Assembly: GCA_051047955.1 (NCBI GenBank)
Contig: JBPGPT010000018.1
Span: 1 to 64,000, forward strand
Length of the DNA: 64,000 bases
Source of the DNA: Cystobasidiomycetes sp. EMM_F5
Lineage: Eukaryota
Direction: 5' to 3'
Made by a program: the position numbers and the translations under genes. Shown here piece after piece: positions 12,887 to 29,244 of the stretch. Each line of letters starts with the position of its first letter. Positions within the stretch are counted from its first letter, which is position 1. The notes below the pieces were generated by a model, which saw only the letters and a program-made list of their open reading frames with translations, was not told the DNA's origin and did not search any database.

Positions 12887-13998
12887 CTACAAAACCTTTT
12901 CATTCTTTCGGCCGAAAGCAGGTACAGTGTAAGTTACGGTACAAGTCGCGTGACGCAAAGTCGCGTCGGAAAGTGCTCTCCACCCCATCTCCGCTTCGAC
13001 GAGCCAGCAACGTCGCTCCTCCTCTGTCCCTTCGCTGCGCTCGTCCTCGTCATCCTCCGTCTCCATCGACCACACGCGACCGGCAGTCTCGGTCAAGCGA
13101 TTCCACTCTTGCACGCGATACAGCTGCAACCCTTTTTCAGTTGCTGCGCGCAAAAAGGAACGCACACACCGTCGTTCAGAGTGGAGGCCCGCAACAATGT
13201 AGACGCGTGAAGCAGTAGTTTTTGCAAGGAGACGCGTCATGACGTTGATTTGTGATTCGTGCATTGAAGACAACCAGAGCGTGTCGGCAGCGAGAATACT
13301 GCATGCGCCGTCAGCACAGCGCGTATTTGCGGGGCATGCTACTCACCGAGTGAACCCTTGACCGTGAGTCATCTCCAGTAGTTTCTTGACCTGGTCATCC
13401 GGGTGTGTCCAGTCCAAGCCGGACACTCTGACGCAGTCGTGTACGTATGCGTGCTTGGTGAGATTGACATCCACATTCTTCTTTATGGCCTGGAGAATGC
13501 TCGGAGAGGGATAGTCTGTGATCGTGCATACATCCGCTCCGCACAGACTAGCCATCAACGACGGCAAACCTGCTCCTGCGCCCAGTTCTAGGACTAATGA
13601 GACATGCTCAGGTCTGCCGTATTTTCACTCGAACCGTACGTCTCACCTGAATGACCCTCCACCGTAATCCCATCACTTCTCTCAATCCTCTTGGCAAGCC
13701 TGACGCTCGCAGGCCATAGCAGATGACTCTGAAGCTCCCTCTCCGTTTCTGTGTCTACATCGGGGAGGAAGAGCTCGAGGTCTCCAAATCGTTCGCTCCT
13801 GAATGCGATAGCTTCATGACGCGCACTCGGTGTTGCTGCGACGGGCAGCGAGCCTAGCAGATGGAGGGACGACTCGAATATGCTAGAGAGGGAGGACGAG
13901 GACGAGGACGAGGACGAAGAGCGAGAGATTGATGCTGTAGAGTCTGCGTTATTGACGGCAGTCAGGTCTCGTTTAGACGGCGCATCGTCGATGAGCAT
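12887..13998 (-). CDS. EFM7: Efm7/Nnt1-like (METTL21 family) protein N-methyltransferase
   Basis: SHLLWPASVRLA, VLELGAGAGLPSL, TITDYP, ILAADTLW and VAGLHS motifs across two introns. Confidence 0.8.
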
Positions 13999-14233
13999 CC
14001 GACGGCGGATGACGCTGGAAATGGGACTGCTGCCAGTATGAATGCCAGCCGGATTAAAGCAGCAGTTTGTCTGACAGAGATGACTTGACTGGATTGTCGC
14101 AGAGACAAGAAGATATCCTGCCGTTCCTTGGGTATTGATCAACTCGACATTCACTGTCAATCATAGTCAACGAGCGCCAGTCTGGTCAACCACATCTGCC
14201 ATTCAGCATCCATACACTCGCTCAGCTCAGCCC

Positions 14234-15896
14234 ATGTCAGCCTCGGGCAACGTCAACCTGGGACCAGCGCCGTCTCTGGCTCAGCGGATAGTGCAAGACT
14301 ATGCAGAACGGCTCAAAGACCTGCTCGTCGGATGCGGGTCGTGCTTCAAGACGGACTCGTCACTCACGCTCAATGGCCGAAAGTTCAAGGCAAGTTGGGG
14401 CGTTGTATGCGTTGTATCGGCTGCGGGCGCTGATTCCAAGTTGGAATATCCAACGTGTAGATACTGAAACTGCTGGGAGAAGGTGGTTTCTCGTTTGTGG
14501 TGAGTGATGCTGTGATGAGCTGATACACTGAAACCCCGCTAAAGGACACTCTTTCCATTCAATCCCGCAGTACCTGGCTGAAGACGAGACGTCTGGAAGA
14601 CTGTTTGCGCTCAAAAAGGTGCGGCCGCTGACCTACTTTACCACTATGCAATCCAAGATATCCTAGCTCATCAGATGGACGCGTTTGGCGTTTATCATGA
14701 CAGATTCGATGTCCGCTCGGCAGCGAGTCTGTACGACAAGCGATGAAGGAGGTGGAGGCGCACAAGCGATTCAGGCATCCGAACTGTATACGATGTCTCG
14801 ACAGTGCTGTAGTACAAGAGGCGGACGGAAAGGTCATCTACCTCTTTCTACCGTACTACAAGCGTGGCAATCTACAGGACGCTATAGCTGCCAATACGGT
14901 GTGCATGCATGTGCTCGAGTGGTGTATTCGGCGTGCTGATTATTTACTGGTTGCGCACAGACCGGCGGTACACGTTTCCCCGAAGTCGAGATGCTCACTC
15001 TCTTCCTCGGTACCTGTCAAGCAGTGCGGGCCATGCACACCTACATTCCTGGTCCCTCGACATATCCACCATCTACAACGTCCACCACCACGCTCGTCTC
15101 CTCCGATGGACAACAAAAAGCGACTCAATATCAAGGCAAAGGAAAAGGCCGAGCGACCGCATCTTTCGAGGCTTTGAATGCACAGCACGACGAAGAGGAG
15201 GAAGCGATTCGAGCAAGTGCAGGTGCTGCCGAACCACTGATAGGCAGTATAGATCGTGCATCCGCCATTGCCGAGGTGGACGAGCAGAATGCTGCTGGGC
15301 TACCTGGATTTGGGGCAGAGACTGGAGCGAGGATAACGGGAAGACTACCGGTCCCTTCGCCTGGTATCGCTGCGTCCGCTTCGTCGCATACTGATGGCGT
15401 AGGAGCTATACAACCATATGCACACCGCGACATCAAGCCTGCAAACATTATGCTTACGGATGATGGCCATCCTGTGCTCATGGACTTTGGGTCTGCCCTT
15501 CCCGCTCGCGTCCTGATTGCGAATCGCGCACAGGCGCTACAGTGGGCCGACGAAGCTGCAGAACACTGTACGATGCCATTTCGGGCGCCCGAATTGTTTG
15601 ATCCGCCGGTCGGGAAGGAGCTGGATGAGCGGGTCGACATCTGGTCGCTCGGGTGTACCCTGTTTGCACTGGCGTACGGCAAATCGCCATTCGACGTCGA
15701 AGCCGAAGGGGGGAATGTGACGCTTGCAGTGAGAAATGGACAGTACCGCTTTCCAAGTAGCGACAAGGTTTATTCGCAGAGCCTCAAAGACCTCGTTGCT
15801 TTTATGCTGGTCACCAATCCCGCCAAGCGACCAGATATAGACCAGGTCATTACCAAAACGGAGCAGGCGCTAGCTTCAGCGAGGGTTAATCAGTAG
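14234..15896 (+). CDS. ENV7: NAK-family Ser/Thr kinase, Env7/STK16-like
   Basis: LNGRKFK/ILKLLGEGGFSFV/YLA...FALKK/IRCP, LPYYKRGNLQD, YAHRDIKPANIM, LMDFGSA, AAEHCTMPFRAPELFD, DIWSLGCTL. Confidence 0.9.
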
Positions 15897-16217
15897 AGGC
15901 GGTGTGTGGGGTAGAAGTGTGATTGGAGTGACCCAGATTCATACGCAGCCGTTTAAGTTGCTCGAGCATGATTTTGCTGCGCATTGCATCGGGATAGCTT
16001 TGTTCCGGAGTATTGACTGCGTTCCAAGCTATTACGCTATGTGAATATTGATCTTTTCGACCTATTACGCGAAAGATTTCGTGTCAACTTGGCGGGTGAT
16101 CAAAGTCCCGGGGCCCAATCCAACAGCAGAGAGATGCAAAGACTTTTAATACCAGCTCTGGCTTGACTCCCGACCACCTTTCTGCGGATACTGCTCCACT
16201 GCTACGCTGCCTTAGCC

Positions 16218-18234
16218 ATGGCGTTACTCGACGTCCTCGTCGACCTCGGCCCCGTCAAGCTCGTCGGTATCCTTGTTGCCGGGATAGTGAGTATTGGCGA
16301 TACTTGTAGTATACCACGCTGATGGCTGAGTATAATATCCTCGCTCCTTTTGCTCTTGCTAATCCCCCGCTCAGCTCCTCGTTCACATTGTCCCGTTCTT
16401 CCTTGACCCGTACGGCCTCAGGAAGTACCCCGCTCCAGGACTCGGTGAGCGCATATTCAGCTCTAGAAGCATAAACAAGAGAGAGCTTGCTTATATGTTC
16501 CACACAGCCGCATTCACAGACTTCTGGGTACGCCAGGCAGGATCAGTCAAGATATACTCGAATCCGCTGACGAACTGTCGCTCCAGCTCGTGTACCAGAC
16601 GAGACTTGGGCGACGCTTCCAGGTTCTCGACGAGGCACATCGAAAGTATGGTAAATACGTCCGCATCTCCCCAAGACACCTCTCCATTGCGGATCCAGAC
16701 GCCCTGCAGACGGTGTACGGTCACGGAACAGGCACCATGAAGCCCGTCTTCTGTATGTCCTGCACGCACTTGTGCTCGAACAGTAGACTAAAAAGCCATT
16801 CTCTCTTACAGACGATGCTTTTGTCGGCCTCAAGAATGTCCGTGGTCTATTCAACGTCCGTGACAGACATGAACACACTCGCAAGCGAAAGATTGTCTCG
16901 TCTACGTTTGCGCAGCGCAATGTTTTGGAGTTTGAGGTGTGTTGACTCGTCCTCTCCCTGTGATGAGTCGCTTACGCTCATGCCCATGCTCAATACAGCC
17001 GTACATTGCCGATGTACTCAAGAACTTCATCAAGAAATGGGATCACTACACTTCACAGGCAAAGAAGAACACTGCGGATGGATGGTGGAAGGTCGATACT
17101 CTACCTTGGCTCAACTACCTCGCTTTCGACATCATTGGTCAGTTGTCTCGAACAAGCCCTCAACCTACATGCTAATTCTATCTCATATTCAGGTGACTTG
17201 GCTTTTGGATCACCCTTCGGTATGGTTGAGCGAGAAGCGGATCTTGCTGCAATCGAGCAGCTTGACGGAACGGTCATTCACGTACCCGCTGTGGATATAT
17301 TGAATGAGCGAGGCGAGTACTCCAACTGTCTCGGTGTCATGCAACCCTGGCTGCGACCGTACATCAAGTACATCGACCCTTGGTTTGCTCGAGGTAGCAA
17401 AGCTGTCAAAGATCTGGCCGGAATGGCTCGTGCACGCGTCAATGAACGACTCAAGACTGGCGCTGGCGACAGAAAGGACCTGCTTGCCCGGTTGCAGGAA
17501 GCACGAGACGATAATGGCAACGCTATGGACATTGACGAGCTGACAGCAGAAGCGCTTACGCAACTCATCGCGGGTTCAGACACAACTTCCAATTCCTCGT
17601 GCGCCATCATCTTTTACCTCGCTCGAAATGTGGAAAAGCAGAAGAAGCTTCAAGAGGAACTCGACAAAGCGTTCACTGTCAAGAGTGTGGATGGCGTAGT
17701 CGAGTACGAGGATGCAAAGGTACTGCCTTATCTCGAAGCGTGCATCAACGAAGCGCTTCGCATGCACTCCACTTCATCTATGGGTCTGCCTCGCGCAATG
17801 ACCGAATGCGAATTCAAGGGCGAGCACATCAGCGCTGGAATGGAGTGCTCTGTGCCGGCGTACACTGTGCATCACCTCGAGAGCATCTGGGGCGATCCTC
17901 ATACATACAGGCCAGAGAGATGGCTAGGCGAAGATGCGAAGCAACTCGACAAGTCCTTCATTCCCTTCTCCGTTGGTCCACGATCATGTGTCGGAAGGTA
18001 TATATTCGCTTCACGAGGCGAAATGTAGCAAGAAACTGACAATCTCGGCATGTTTTAAACAGAAATCTCGCTTTCATGGAATTGCTAAAGTTTATGGCTA
18101 CGCTCATGTACCGCTACGATTTTGAGCTAGCTGACAAGAATCAAACGCATCTTCGAACGTCCGAGGGATTCCTTCGCAAGCCTCTCGAGTCGCACATCAA
18201 GATTCGACGACGCGAGCCAAAGACCATCACTTGA
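16218..18234 (+). CDS. CYP53: Cytochrome P450, CYP53 family (benzoate 4-monooxygenase-like)
   Basis: N-terminal TM anchor; HRKYGKYVRISPRHLSIADP; GLFNVRDRHEHTRKRKIVS; LAFDIIGDLAFGSPFGM; AEALTQLIAGSDTTSN; EALR; STSSMGLPR; heme motif PFSVGPRSCVGRNLA; EGFLRKP. Confidence 0.9.
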
Positions 18235-18419
18235 AAGGGTCGTTGTGAGGGTGCATATCGAAACGAACGCATGTCAATGTTCCGTGGTAAAGCGATACGT
18301 GATATTGTTGGAGCGATGGGTATGTCAATGTACGGTTGCTTGTTCCGATATTCGGGGTTTCGCTGTATTCATTATGTACACGGTGAAAGATCAGTCGTAA
18401 CATGCTTGCAGCGGGACTA

Positions 18420-19826
18420 CTACGCAGAACTCTTATCCGGCATTGCTTTATCATCTGGGTCCGTGCTCGCTGTGAATCGGACATCCTTCTCATCGCCGGG
18501 TGAAGCGGACGTAGGTGCCGTTGTAGGCGTGCGCTCATCACTACCTAGGAATGCGTTTCGTCCAATCATGATTGGAGTGCCTACGAGAACAGCTAGTCCC
18601 GCCTCGGGCGTCAATTCAGCAGCGATGTTTTGGCGATGCTTGTGAAGGTAATGCCTGTACAGTTGAAACGAGACGCGTGCACCATGAATTTGCGCGGCTG
18701 CAGTATCCAGATTATCAGTACGGCTAGCGGGAACGACCGAATAGACATTACTCATACTCACCCATGAAGCAGAAATGTAAGATCGGCTGAATAATCTTCA
18801 TAGCAAGCTCCCACTGATAACATGCACAAGTCAGAGATGCATGCAAAGACCGTCGCACAAATCACTGTAACATTACCTTGTACCAATTTCTCCACATGAA
18901 GACTGCGACAGCTACAATTTCGAAAGAAGTTCCGCAGCCTCCGAATATTGCGGCAGCCAACCAAATACGAGCGCAGCCTAGCATGTTCTTCGGATGTGTG
19001 CGGTAGTAGATGACCTGTGGTTCAGGGGAGTTTTTGTGGAGTATCAGATTTGGGAAATGTGGCATAAAGCGGGCCTAACGTACGGCGAAGTGCGGGAAAG
19101 TCTCGAAGATGACTTCAAAGACTCCATACAATATGAGTAGGCGGAATTGGCTGTCATTCGACGGATCGTCCGTCCCGATATCAGCAGCAACTTGCCATGC
19201 TGCTAACGCAATACCGGCGGAATGGTGGATCAGGGAAACGGGGGAAACTGAGCCAGGAGCTGCAGGTCAGCTGGTGTGGTTTGCGGAATCTCAGGGCAAA
19301 CACTAACTGGATGTGCGGTAGATGAGCTCAAATGCAAATTGCGCTATCACACACTGTACGTGGCGTCAAGCTCCGTCAAGTATACGACCACTCATACGTC
19401 CTCACCAAATAGCACACAGCAAGGTAATCACCATACGTAACCGCACTACCGGGGACCAGCGAGTCTCCCATATTCTTGCCAGCGAAAAATGTTGCAATGA
19501 AAGGCCATGCTGCTGGTAAGAGACTGTTAAATGCGTTGCATGCGTGGTCAGTTGTGCGCGGACTTCGATTTCAAGTCGAAGCACAGCATTGCTTACAGGA
19601 GTTTGAGAATGAGCCATTGCTGATGGCAGGTGAAACTCCTCGCTTTTGTCACGTCTAGACCCGTGTAGTATTCGCCATACATCTTTCGCATGAAAAACTT
19701 CTCCAGGAAGAATCGATTTACGAAAAAGTAGGCCAGGAGGGCTCCGGCGAACGCGTCGAATGCATAGATGAGTACAATACTACTCTCCGTGCCCGGATCA
19801 AAATCGAATGTGACTTTCGAAGACAT
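18420..19826 (-). CDS. Multi-pass membrane protein (fungal TLC-like uncharacterised family)
   Basis: Spliced frame with several hydrophobic segments and the motifs FELIYRT...SPVSLIHH, YGVFEVIFE, WELAMKIIQPILHFCFMAAQIHG; all junctions canonical. Confidence 0.7.
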
Positions 19827-20260
19827 GTTGGCAGATTTTTTACGCGCGTTTGAGGATCTGATGCGTAACGAGATAATTGAAGAGAAGAGAATTCTGCCGA
19901 ATCAGCGCAGATTCCGTCAGCGCCTTCTCGTCGTTAGCAAGCTCATTAGCTAGTACGAGGTCAGTTCAGGCTATATTTCCGCTCAAAGCGAACTTCTGTC
20001 CCTGGGGGCATCGCCTGCCACATGCGGAATGCGCGTGCCTCGTCACATTAAGGCAGTGACAGAATGGGGCATTCGGAGCCTCCCACCAGTAGGCGTGCGG
20101 TTGAGCTATGGACAGGCTGTAGGCAAGCTACTTTGGCGCATCGTTGGTGGAAGCAAGAGGTACGGCCCTGAAGCGATGGCGGAGGAAAACATGGTCATTG
20201 ATGGACGAGAACCAAGGTGATGCTAGTACAACGACTGTCATGATACTATAGCATGGATTG

Positions 20261-23355
<3,095 letters not shown>

Positions 23356-24870
23356 GGATCAGGATGCAGCGGGCTCATTGAAGGCAGGCAGCAAATACAA
23401 CATTGGCAGCAGTATGGGTGATGAATCTGCGTTTATCGCATGTCGTCCAGGCTGCACTTGATCGGGGTGCTGCACTTTACGCGGGTCATGGCATGCACAA
23501 CGTTCTAATGGGTCCATAATGTATTCTACACACTTCTGCTTCTATGCTTCAGATGGATCCCTGCAGAGCCGCCAGTGCGGCGGATGGTTACGCTGACAGC
23601 TGCAGGCCTTTTTCGGTCGAAAGGTCTCGGGCTTTTGAGATTCACGAAAAGCCAATAAAGCGGAGAGGATGACAGGCCAGAGTCTGGCTGTACCCTAGTT
23701 GACCGACAGCAGACTATCTCTCGAGCCGGGTACATGCCCATCAGCACACGGAAGGCCCGGGCGCATGTCCAAAGTGCATATGCTCGTCTTAATCAACCAC
23801 GAAGATCATGCTGCCCGATGGATATTGTGGTGTGAATTGTACGCAATCAATCTACACGTCCACTCGTTTCGTCCCATCAGCCGCACTTTGAAGGTGCTGA
23901 GGGACGAGCGACCCGCAATCGCTAATTCTTCGAGCCACGAGTCGAGGTGCCAGTTCCGTATTCCTTGCTGTAGACTGCGCTGACCTTGGCTACAGGATGA
24001 TACTCGTCTAGCTATCCTCGGAGCTCGCGTTTCTAGCGACGTTGCGACGCGAATTGAAGCTTGTCCACGTTCCCTGTATCGAGGCTATTGAGCGCGGGCA
24101 TCGCTGTTCGTGTATGATGGGTTGCAGTGGATGGACACACATGATGCAGATCTTGTCTATTGAAGCAGTTGCATTTGATGCTGCAAATGTGGCGGGGTTC
24201 TGTCAAGCCTGCCGAACAGGGTAAGCCGAGTATCCGAGGTGCAGACTCGGATGATGTCGCTGCTTACTTGCTTATCACGGGTTTGACTTCACACGCTTCC
24301 CCGACACACTGAGCTCGAGGCGAGGCTCGCCCTTAAACTCGCAGCCACCATGATTGGATATACATGAACAAGTCTTTGCAGACCTGACCCACAGCTCATC
24401 TCGCCTCCGTAATTCCATAGCTCCAGCTGACATGGATTGGCCGGATGAGACCACTTCTCGGAGCCCCCGGACCTGCATTACGTGGAAACTGCACTTGGCA
24501 CATTCATGCAAAACTGACTTTGTATTTCTTCGCTGCGAAATGGGCTCAGGTACTGGGAAGTGGCCGTGCATGACTGTCGAAACTCCAGCTCTGGACCTGC
24601 TGCCGTGCCTTGGAGATGGTGGGATCTGCAAGAGGATGCATGCAGATAATGCAAGCCTGAGATCGACCCGGTGGTATCGATGGCAGTGTCAATCAATGCA
24701 GGCTACAGTGCCATCCACATTCATGTGCAGTCTTCTGTCTGTTGCGTGAAGCAGCCTTGCCTTCCCTCCATCCATCTGCCTGTGCACAGACCCCGCACAA
24801 GCCGCACAGACCCTCGACCGTTGCAACGACGAGCATAACGGCTGTCCTCCTCCCCTTGCCCCCATTTCAG

Positions 24871-25225
24871 GTGAGACATCCTTTCCGTTGAAACTGTATA
24901 TTCCCCCCTGTCGAGTTTGCCACTCCTCTCCGACACCCACTTTGCGACGTTCTTGTTTATTTCTTTCCTTCTTTCTTTCCTTCTCTCCAACACACCTAAT
25001 AATCTCCATCTTGTAGCCAGTCGCAGCTCGTATTCGACTATAGCTGACCTCGTCATCAGGGTGTAGTCAGGGGTGTAGCCCGAGAAACTCACCCCTCTCC
25101 GCTGAGTGAGCAGGTGAGCCCGCTATTTCCCACTCACTCGGTCACCTCGCACTCCCTCACTCTGTCCCTACCGACTCCGTACCCACCAACTCCGTCCGAC
25201 TCGAGACAATACGCTGACCCTCTAG
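24871..25225 (+). other. Probable two-intron 5' leader (24871-25016 and 25114-25225) of the C2H2 transcription factor
   Basis: CAG|GTGAGA...CCTAAT...TGTAG and CAG|GTGAGC...GCTGAC..CTAG consensus sites. The exon between them has an in-frame stop and no ATG. Confidence 0.5.
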
Positions 25226-25258
25226 CAACGTCGCAGGGAGTACCCAGGCAAGGATAGG

Positions 25259-28200
25259 ATGACACCCCGCCCAGCAGTGTCGCATTCGAGCAGTGCGACG
25301 AGCAACGTCCGCAGCGCAGCCAAGCACAATGGCGTAAAGTCGGCATCGACCTCGCCGCCCTCTGCGACAAAGCACCACTCTCTCGCAAAGAGCCATTCCC
25401 ACGACTCGCTCTTGCAGTACAATCACTCGGACCCTCATCTAGGCAGCGACGATCTCGTAGGCTTGCAAGAGTCGCTCCTCTTCCTCAGTACGGCATTTGA
25501 GGGTATTCGCGAATTGCAGCAGGATCACGATGGCAACTATGTTCATGCAAGTTCCGCCACCGACAACGACAACCCTCAGCAAAACATCACAGCCCATGTC
25601 GACTGTAGTATCGCAATGTCGACGTCGACGCCAATGTGCGCTACTCCAATCCCATACTCCTCTCCGCCGTCGGCTGGAACTGTCTCCCCTCAAGACTTGG
25701 TATACAAGCATGGCAGGGAAGCACAAGCTGCAAATTCTACATTGATGGGCAATGAGTCCTTTGCGTCCAACAATGGTTCTGTCGGCTATCCTCCCATCAA
25801 TGGCGGTTCCCCTCCTTCGTCTCAACTGTCGTACGTCTCAGTCTACCCTTCTCCGCAAGTATCTCCGTTTGCGAGCATGGATAGCACATTCGATTCAATC
25901 GATACCCATGACTCGCAAAGCCAAAGTCTTAGTCAGAGGCGGCCCTCTCACTTTGTTCCACTCAACATCAGTCTGGCCAATGGCGAGGAAACTGAAAACT
26001 CGCCATATCGCGTCGACAAGGATAGCGCAGCATCAATTACATTCTGCCACATACCTCCTACACCTATTCGACCCACATATCAAAGTCAAGAATCACTTGG
26101 CAATCCTCAACATCAGGAAGGTCTTGCAGCCGATAACCACCTCTCTGCCTCATTTAGCCTGCCTCGCTATCACGACGACATGCAAGAAGATGCACTCCGA
26201 CGTTCATCAACGTGCAGCTCGTCCTCTGACGCGTCCTTTTACAGCAATATCTCCTCGAGCAGCGCAGAGTCTTCCGTCTATAACCCGAATACCATGTCTA
26301 CGGTGCCGCGTGTAGCGTACAGTGCCCAATTGACAGCCTCATCGGTCGGCGAGGAAGATAGACGAGGTAATTATTTCGATACAAGGCAGCCTCCCTCGGA
26401 TGCATGTGGTCTGTTGCTGGATTTTGCAGAACATGACATTTCGCAGTCATCGCTCGTCGTGCCAAACGAGCAGGACTTGACTGGTGAATTCCGACAATCG
26501 CAATCCCCTGCACCCCTTCACAGGTATGCGTGTGAAGTACCCAACTGCTCGTTCGCTACGGACCGTCGCGATCATTTGCGAAACCATATGCTCGAGCATC
26601 CAGAAGCGAGATCGTATATGGCTTCTCAGTCACAGGGACAAGCGCATGTGCAGACAAACTCGATGCAGACGGTCGTCACTCCGACGCTGGAAATGTCGAA
26701 CCTGGCTATGGACCAATCGATGGCGGCTGCGGAAATGGCAGAGGGCACTGTAGGTGTCGTCTGTGTCCTAAAATTTCCAGCAGCGGAGCTGATGAAAGCA
26801 TTTCCCACATTTTTTGAAAAAGCAGAGAAGACACAGTATGATGCCTACTGTCGGCTTGGGCTTGCTCAATGCGGAACTGCGACCTGGTCTCCGCTACAAC
26901 GACTATGTCATGTCCACTGATTTCGATGAATCTCACAATATGCTTGACAAGAGGCCAAGTCTCGTCCGTCACTCCTTCTCTGGTCCAGTCTATCACTCAG
27001 ACACTGCACATCATTCACATCACGATGGCTTCAGCATGTCTGTACCAATGGAAGATAGTGCCATAGTGCAATATCATCAGCAGCATCAGATACAACAGCA
27101 CCAAATGCAGCAGCATACTCATGTGCAGAACACGTCGGGCTTCCAAACCGTGGCGCAAAGACTTGAAGATAATGTGGAGATGTCTCAGGTGGGGGCGCAA
27201 TCAGCCGAAACATTTATGCAGCATTCATCGTCTGCCTATGCTGCGACACCCTGGAACACGCCCGATATGGTGGGTATGGTGCACTCCGTCCCGTGCCAGC
27301 CTATTGCGTCCACGCAACAAGCTGGCTATTTTGTACAACAACAGCTTGCTCGTCGCAATACGCAAGTATATCCGTATCCCCATCTGCAACCCAATTACTC
27401 TGATGGCTTCACTGATGCACATGCTTACGCCATGCATTTGACGAGACGGGCGAGCGAAAGTGATGCTCTGCAGCGCACAAGGGGCGTACCCATGCACTAT
27501 CAATCGGTCCATCATACTCCATCTTTCGACATGAATATGGCCTTGCAGCCTATTCACGAGTATACACACGAGATTCGTCACAATGTCGATGACAGCGCCG
27601 CCTACGTTTCGCCGACAGAGTTGTCGGGATCTTGCATGCAGGACCCTACTGCACCATCATCTATACACAGTTCGCCGTCCGAGGATGTACCGCTCATGGC
27701 CTACGCTCTACAAAATCGCGCCAGGCATCCGGGCTTTGCCATGTCTTCCATGTATGAGCAAGCGTCTCTGTCTTCTACAGATACGTCGCCTGCGCTCAGT
27801 ACTCCCTCCGACCGCTCGGCTGAAGCCAACAAAGTTGTCTCCACTACTGCGAGAGGATACATGCTATCTGAAGCGCTCGCACGTGGAGCGCTCAACAACT
27901 CGCTGTGTGAGGATCTTGCAACCGTAACATTCGATGCGGTGAGTTTCCTTCTATATTCCTTCTTCTCAGATACTGACGGCCTGGGCCTGGTGCAGGTGGC
28001 GCCAGCACGGGCAATGTCTGAGCAAGAGATTATGCAGTCATCATCAATGACGACTCAGCATGCAACCCATTCGATCCGACTCATTCTGAAGCCAATTGAT
28101 GATGCCGACATTGCGGACAATAGCAAGCGCAGTGCAGCTGGACCGGCACGCAACCAAAAAATCATCAACAGTTTCGTTCCGCTTGATCCACGTGCCGTAT

Positions 28201-28811
28201 CACCAGCACCTACGACGAGTCGCACTGCTGGCCACCCGTACGCCAGTATCATGCAAACAGCTCCCGTGCCACCGACTTTTGCGAGAAGCGGTAGCTCGTC
28301 GTCGGACAAGGCACACGGCAGTATACAATCAGCCTCAACAGCTTCGAGAGCGCCTACTCCTCCTGAAAATGTTCCAGCCATACCAATCTACCAGATTGCA
28401 GAACCCGCTGGACGAAAAGTCGTCACTACTGCGAATCCTGCAGTGCTCAATGCAAAACCTACCGACAAGCTGTTCAAGTGCGGCTTTGAGGGTTGTCTCA
28501 GAGCATTTAAACGACATGAACACCTACGCAGACATGAGAGAGCTCATACGCAAGAGAAACCGTATCAGTGCGATTTTGCTGGCTGCGGACGATACTTTTC
28601 GAGAAGCGATAACCTAACGCAACATGTAGGTGGTATTTATCCGCGAACAATACGGGCCGTGAGCTCATACAGACAATCTTAAAAGCAGAAACGTACACAT
28701 GATATGGCTGGTCGTACACGGGTACCTAAGGGCGAAAAGGCACAAAAGGCAGACTCTGCCGCCTCAACTTCTGCCCAGTCGGATAAGTCTGGGACCAAAA
28801 GCACTGCTTGA
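25259..28811 (+). CDS. C2H2 zinc-finger transcription factor with an Msn2/4-type (STRE-binding) C-terminal finger pair
   Basis: [55 protein letters not shown], plus an isolated upstream finger [21 protein letters not shown]. Introns at about 26750, 27939 and 28626. Confidence 0.85.
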
Positions 28812-29244
28812 CGTCTCAAGATGGACGTTCTGCTCTCTTCTAGCTGTCTGTAATGCATTCGTGGCCAGTTCCTTCTGACAATAACTGCAGCAATCCTCGC
28901 AACCTTCTTCCTAATTCTTTATGCAATAAGTACGTCTCCGCAAGAAGAGGTGTCTACATCAGTGCATCGCAACTCGTTTACGTATCCGTAATCGCATCTT
29001 CTGCGCAGCCATGCCCGCCCATGTAGCTTTCTTTCAACACACACTCGCTTCTCACTAGCGTTGTTAGCGCTTTCGACAGGGTGTATCGTAGACAGATAGT
29101 CGTCTAGTGTATGCTTGTGGGCCGATGCAAAACTCTGCCATGCCATGGCAGCATTATCGTTTTCCGGGCTCCATATAGCCGGTGACATGCTTTGACAGCT
29201 GTTGTGAAACCGCCTGTCGAGCTTGAGAGTCTTCTGACAAAATA

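Noticed and set aside
13890..13920. (GAGGAC)n repeat, and the 9-mer repeat at about 37735-37770
   Set aside because: Simple coding repeats (poly-Ser in EFM7; SKS repeats in the PPR protein); not CRISPR-like or mobile
14500..14570. GTGATGA and CTGA (C/D-box-like) in ENV7 intron 2
   Set aside because: The boxes are only about 10-20 nt apart in a 71-nt intron, too short for a snoRNA
15040..15410. Long insertion within the ENV7 kinase domain
   Set aside because: Low-complexity inserts before the catalytic loop are usual for fungal Env7-type kinases
24275..24749. Overlapping 118-131 aa ORFs in the VPS34-C2H2 intergenic region
   Set aside because: No recognisable motif, non-ATG starts and no coherent splice model
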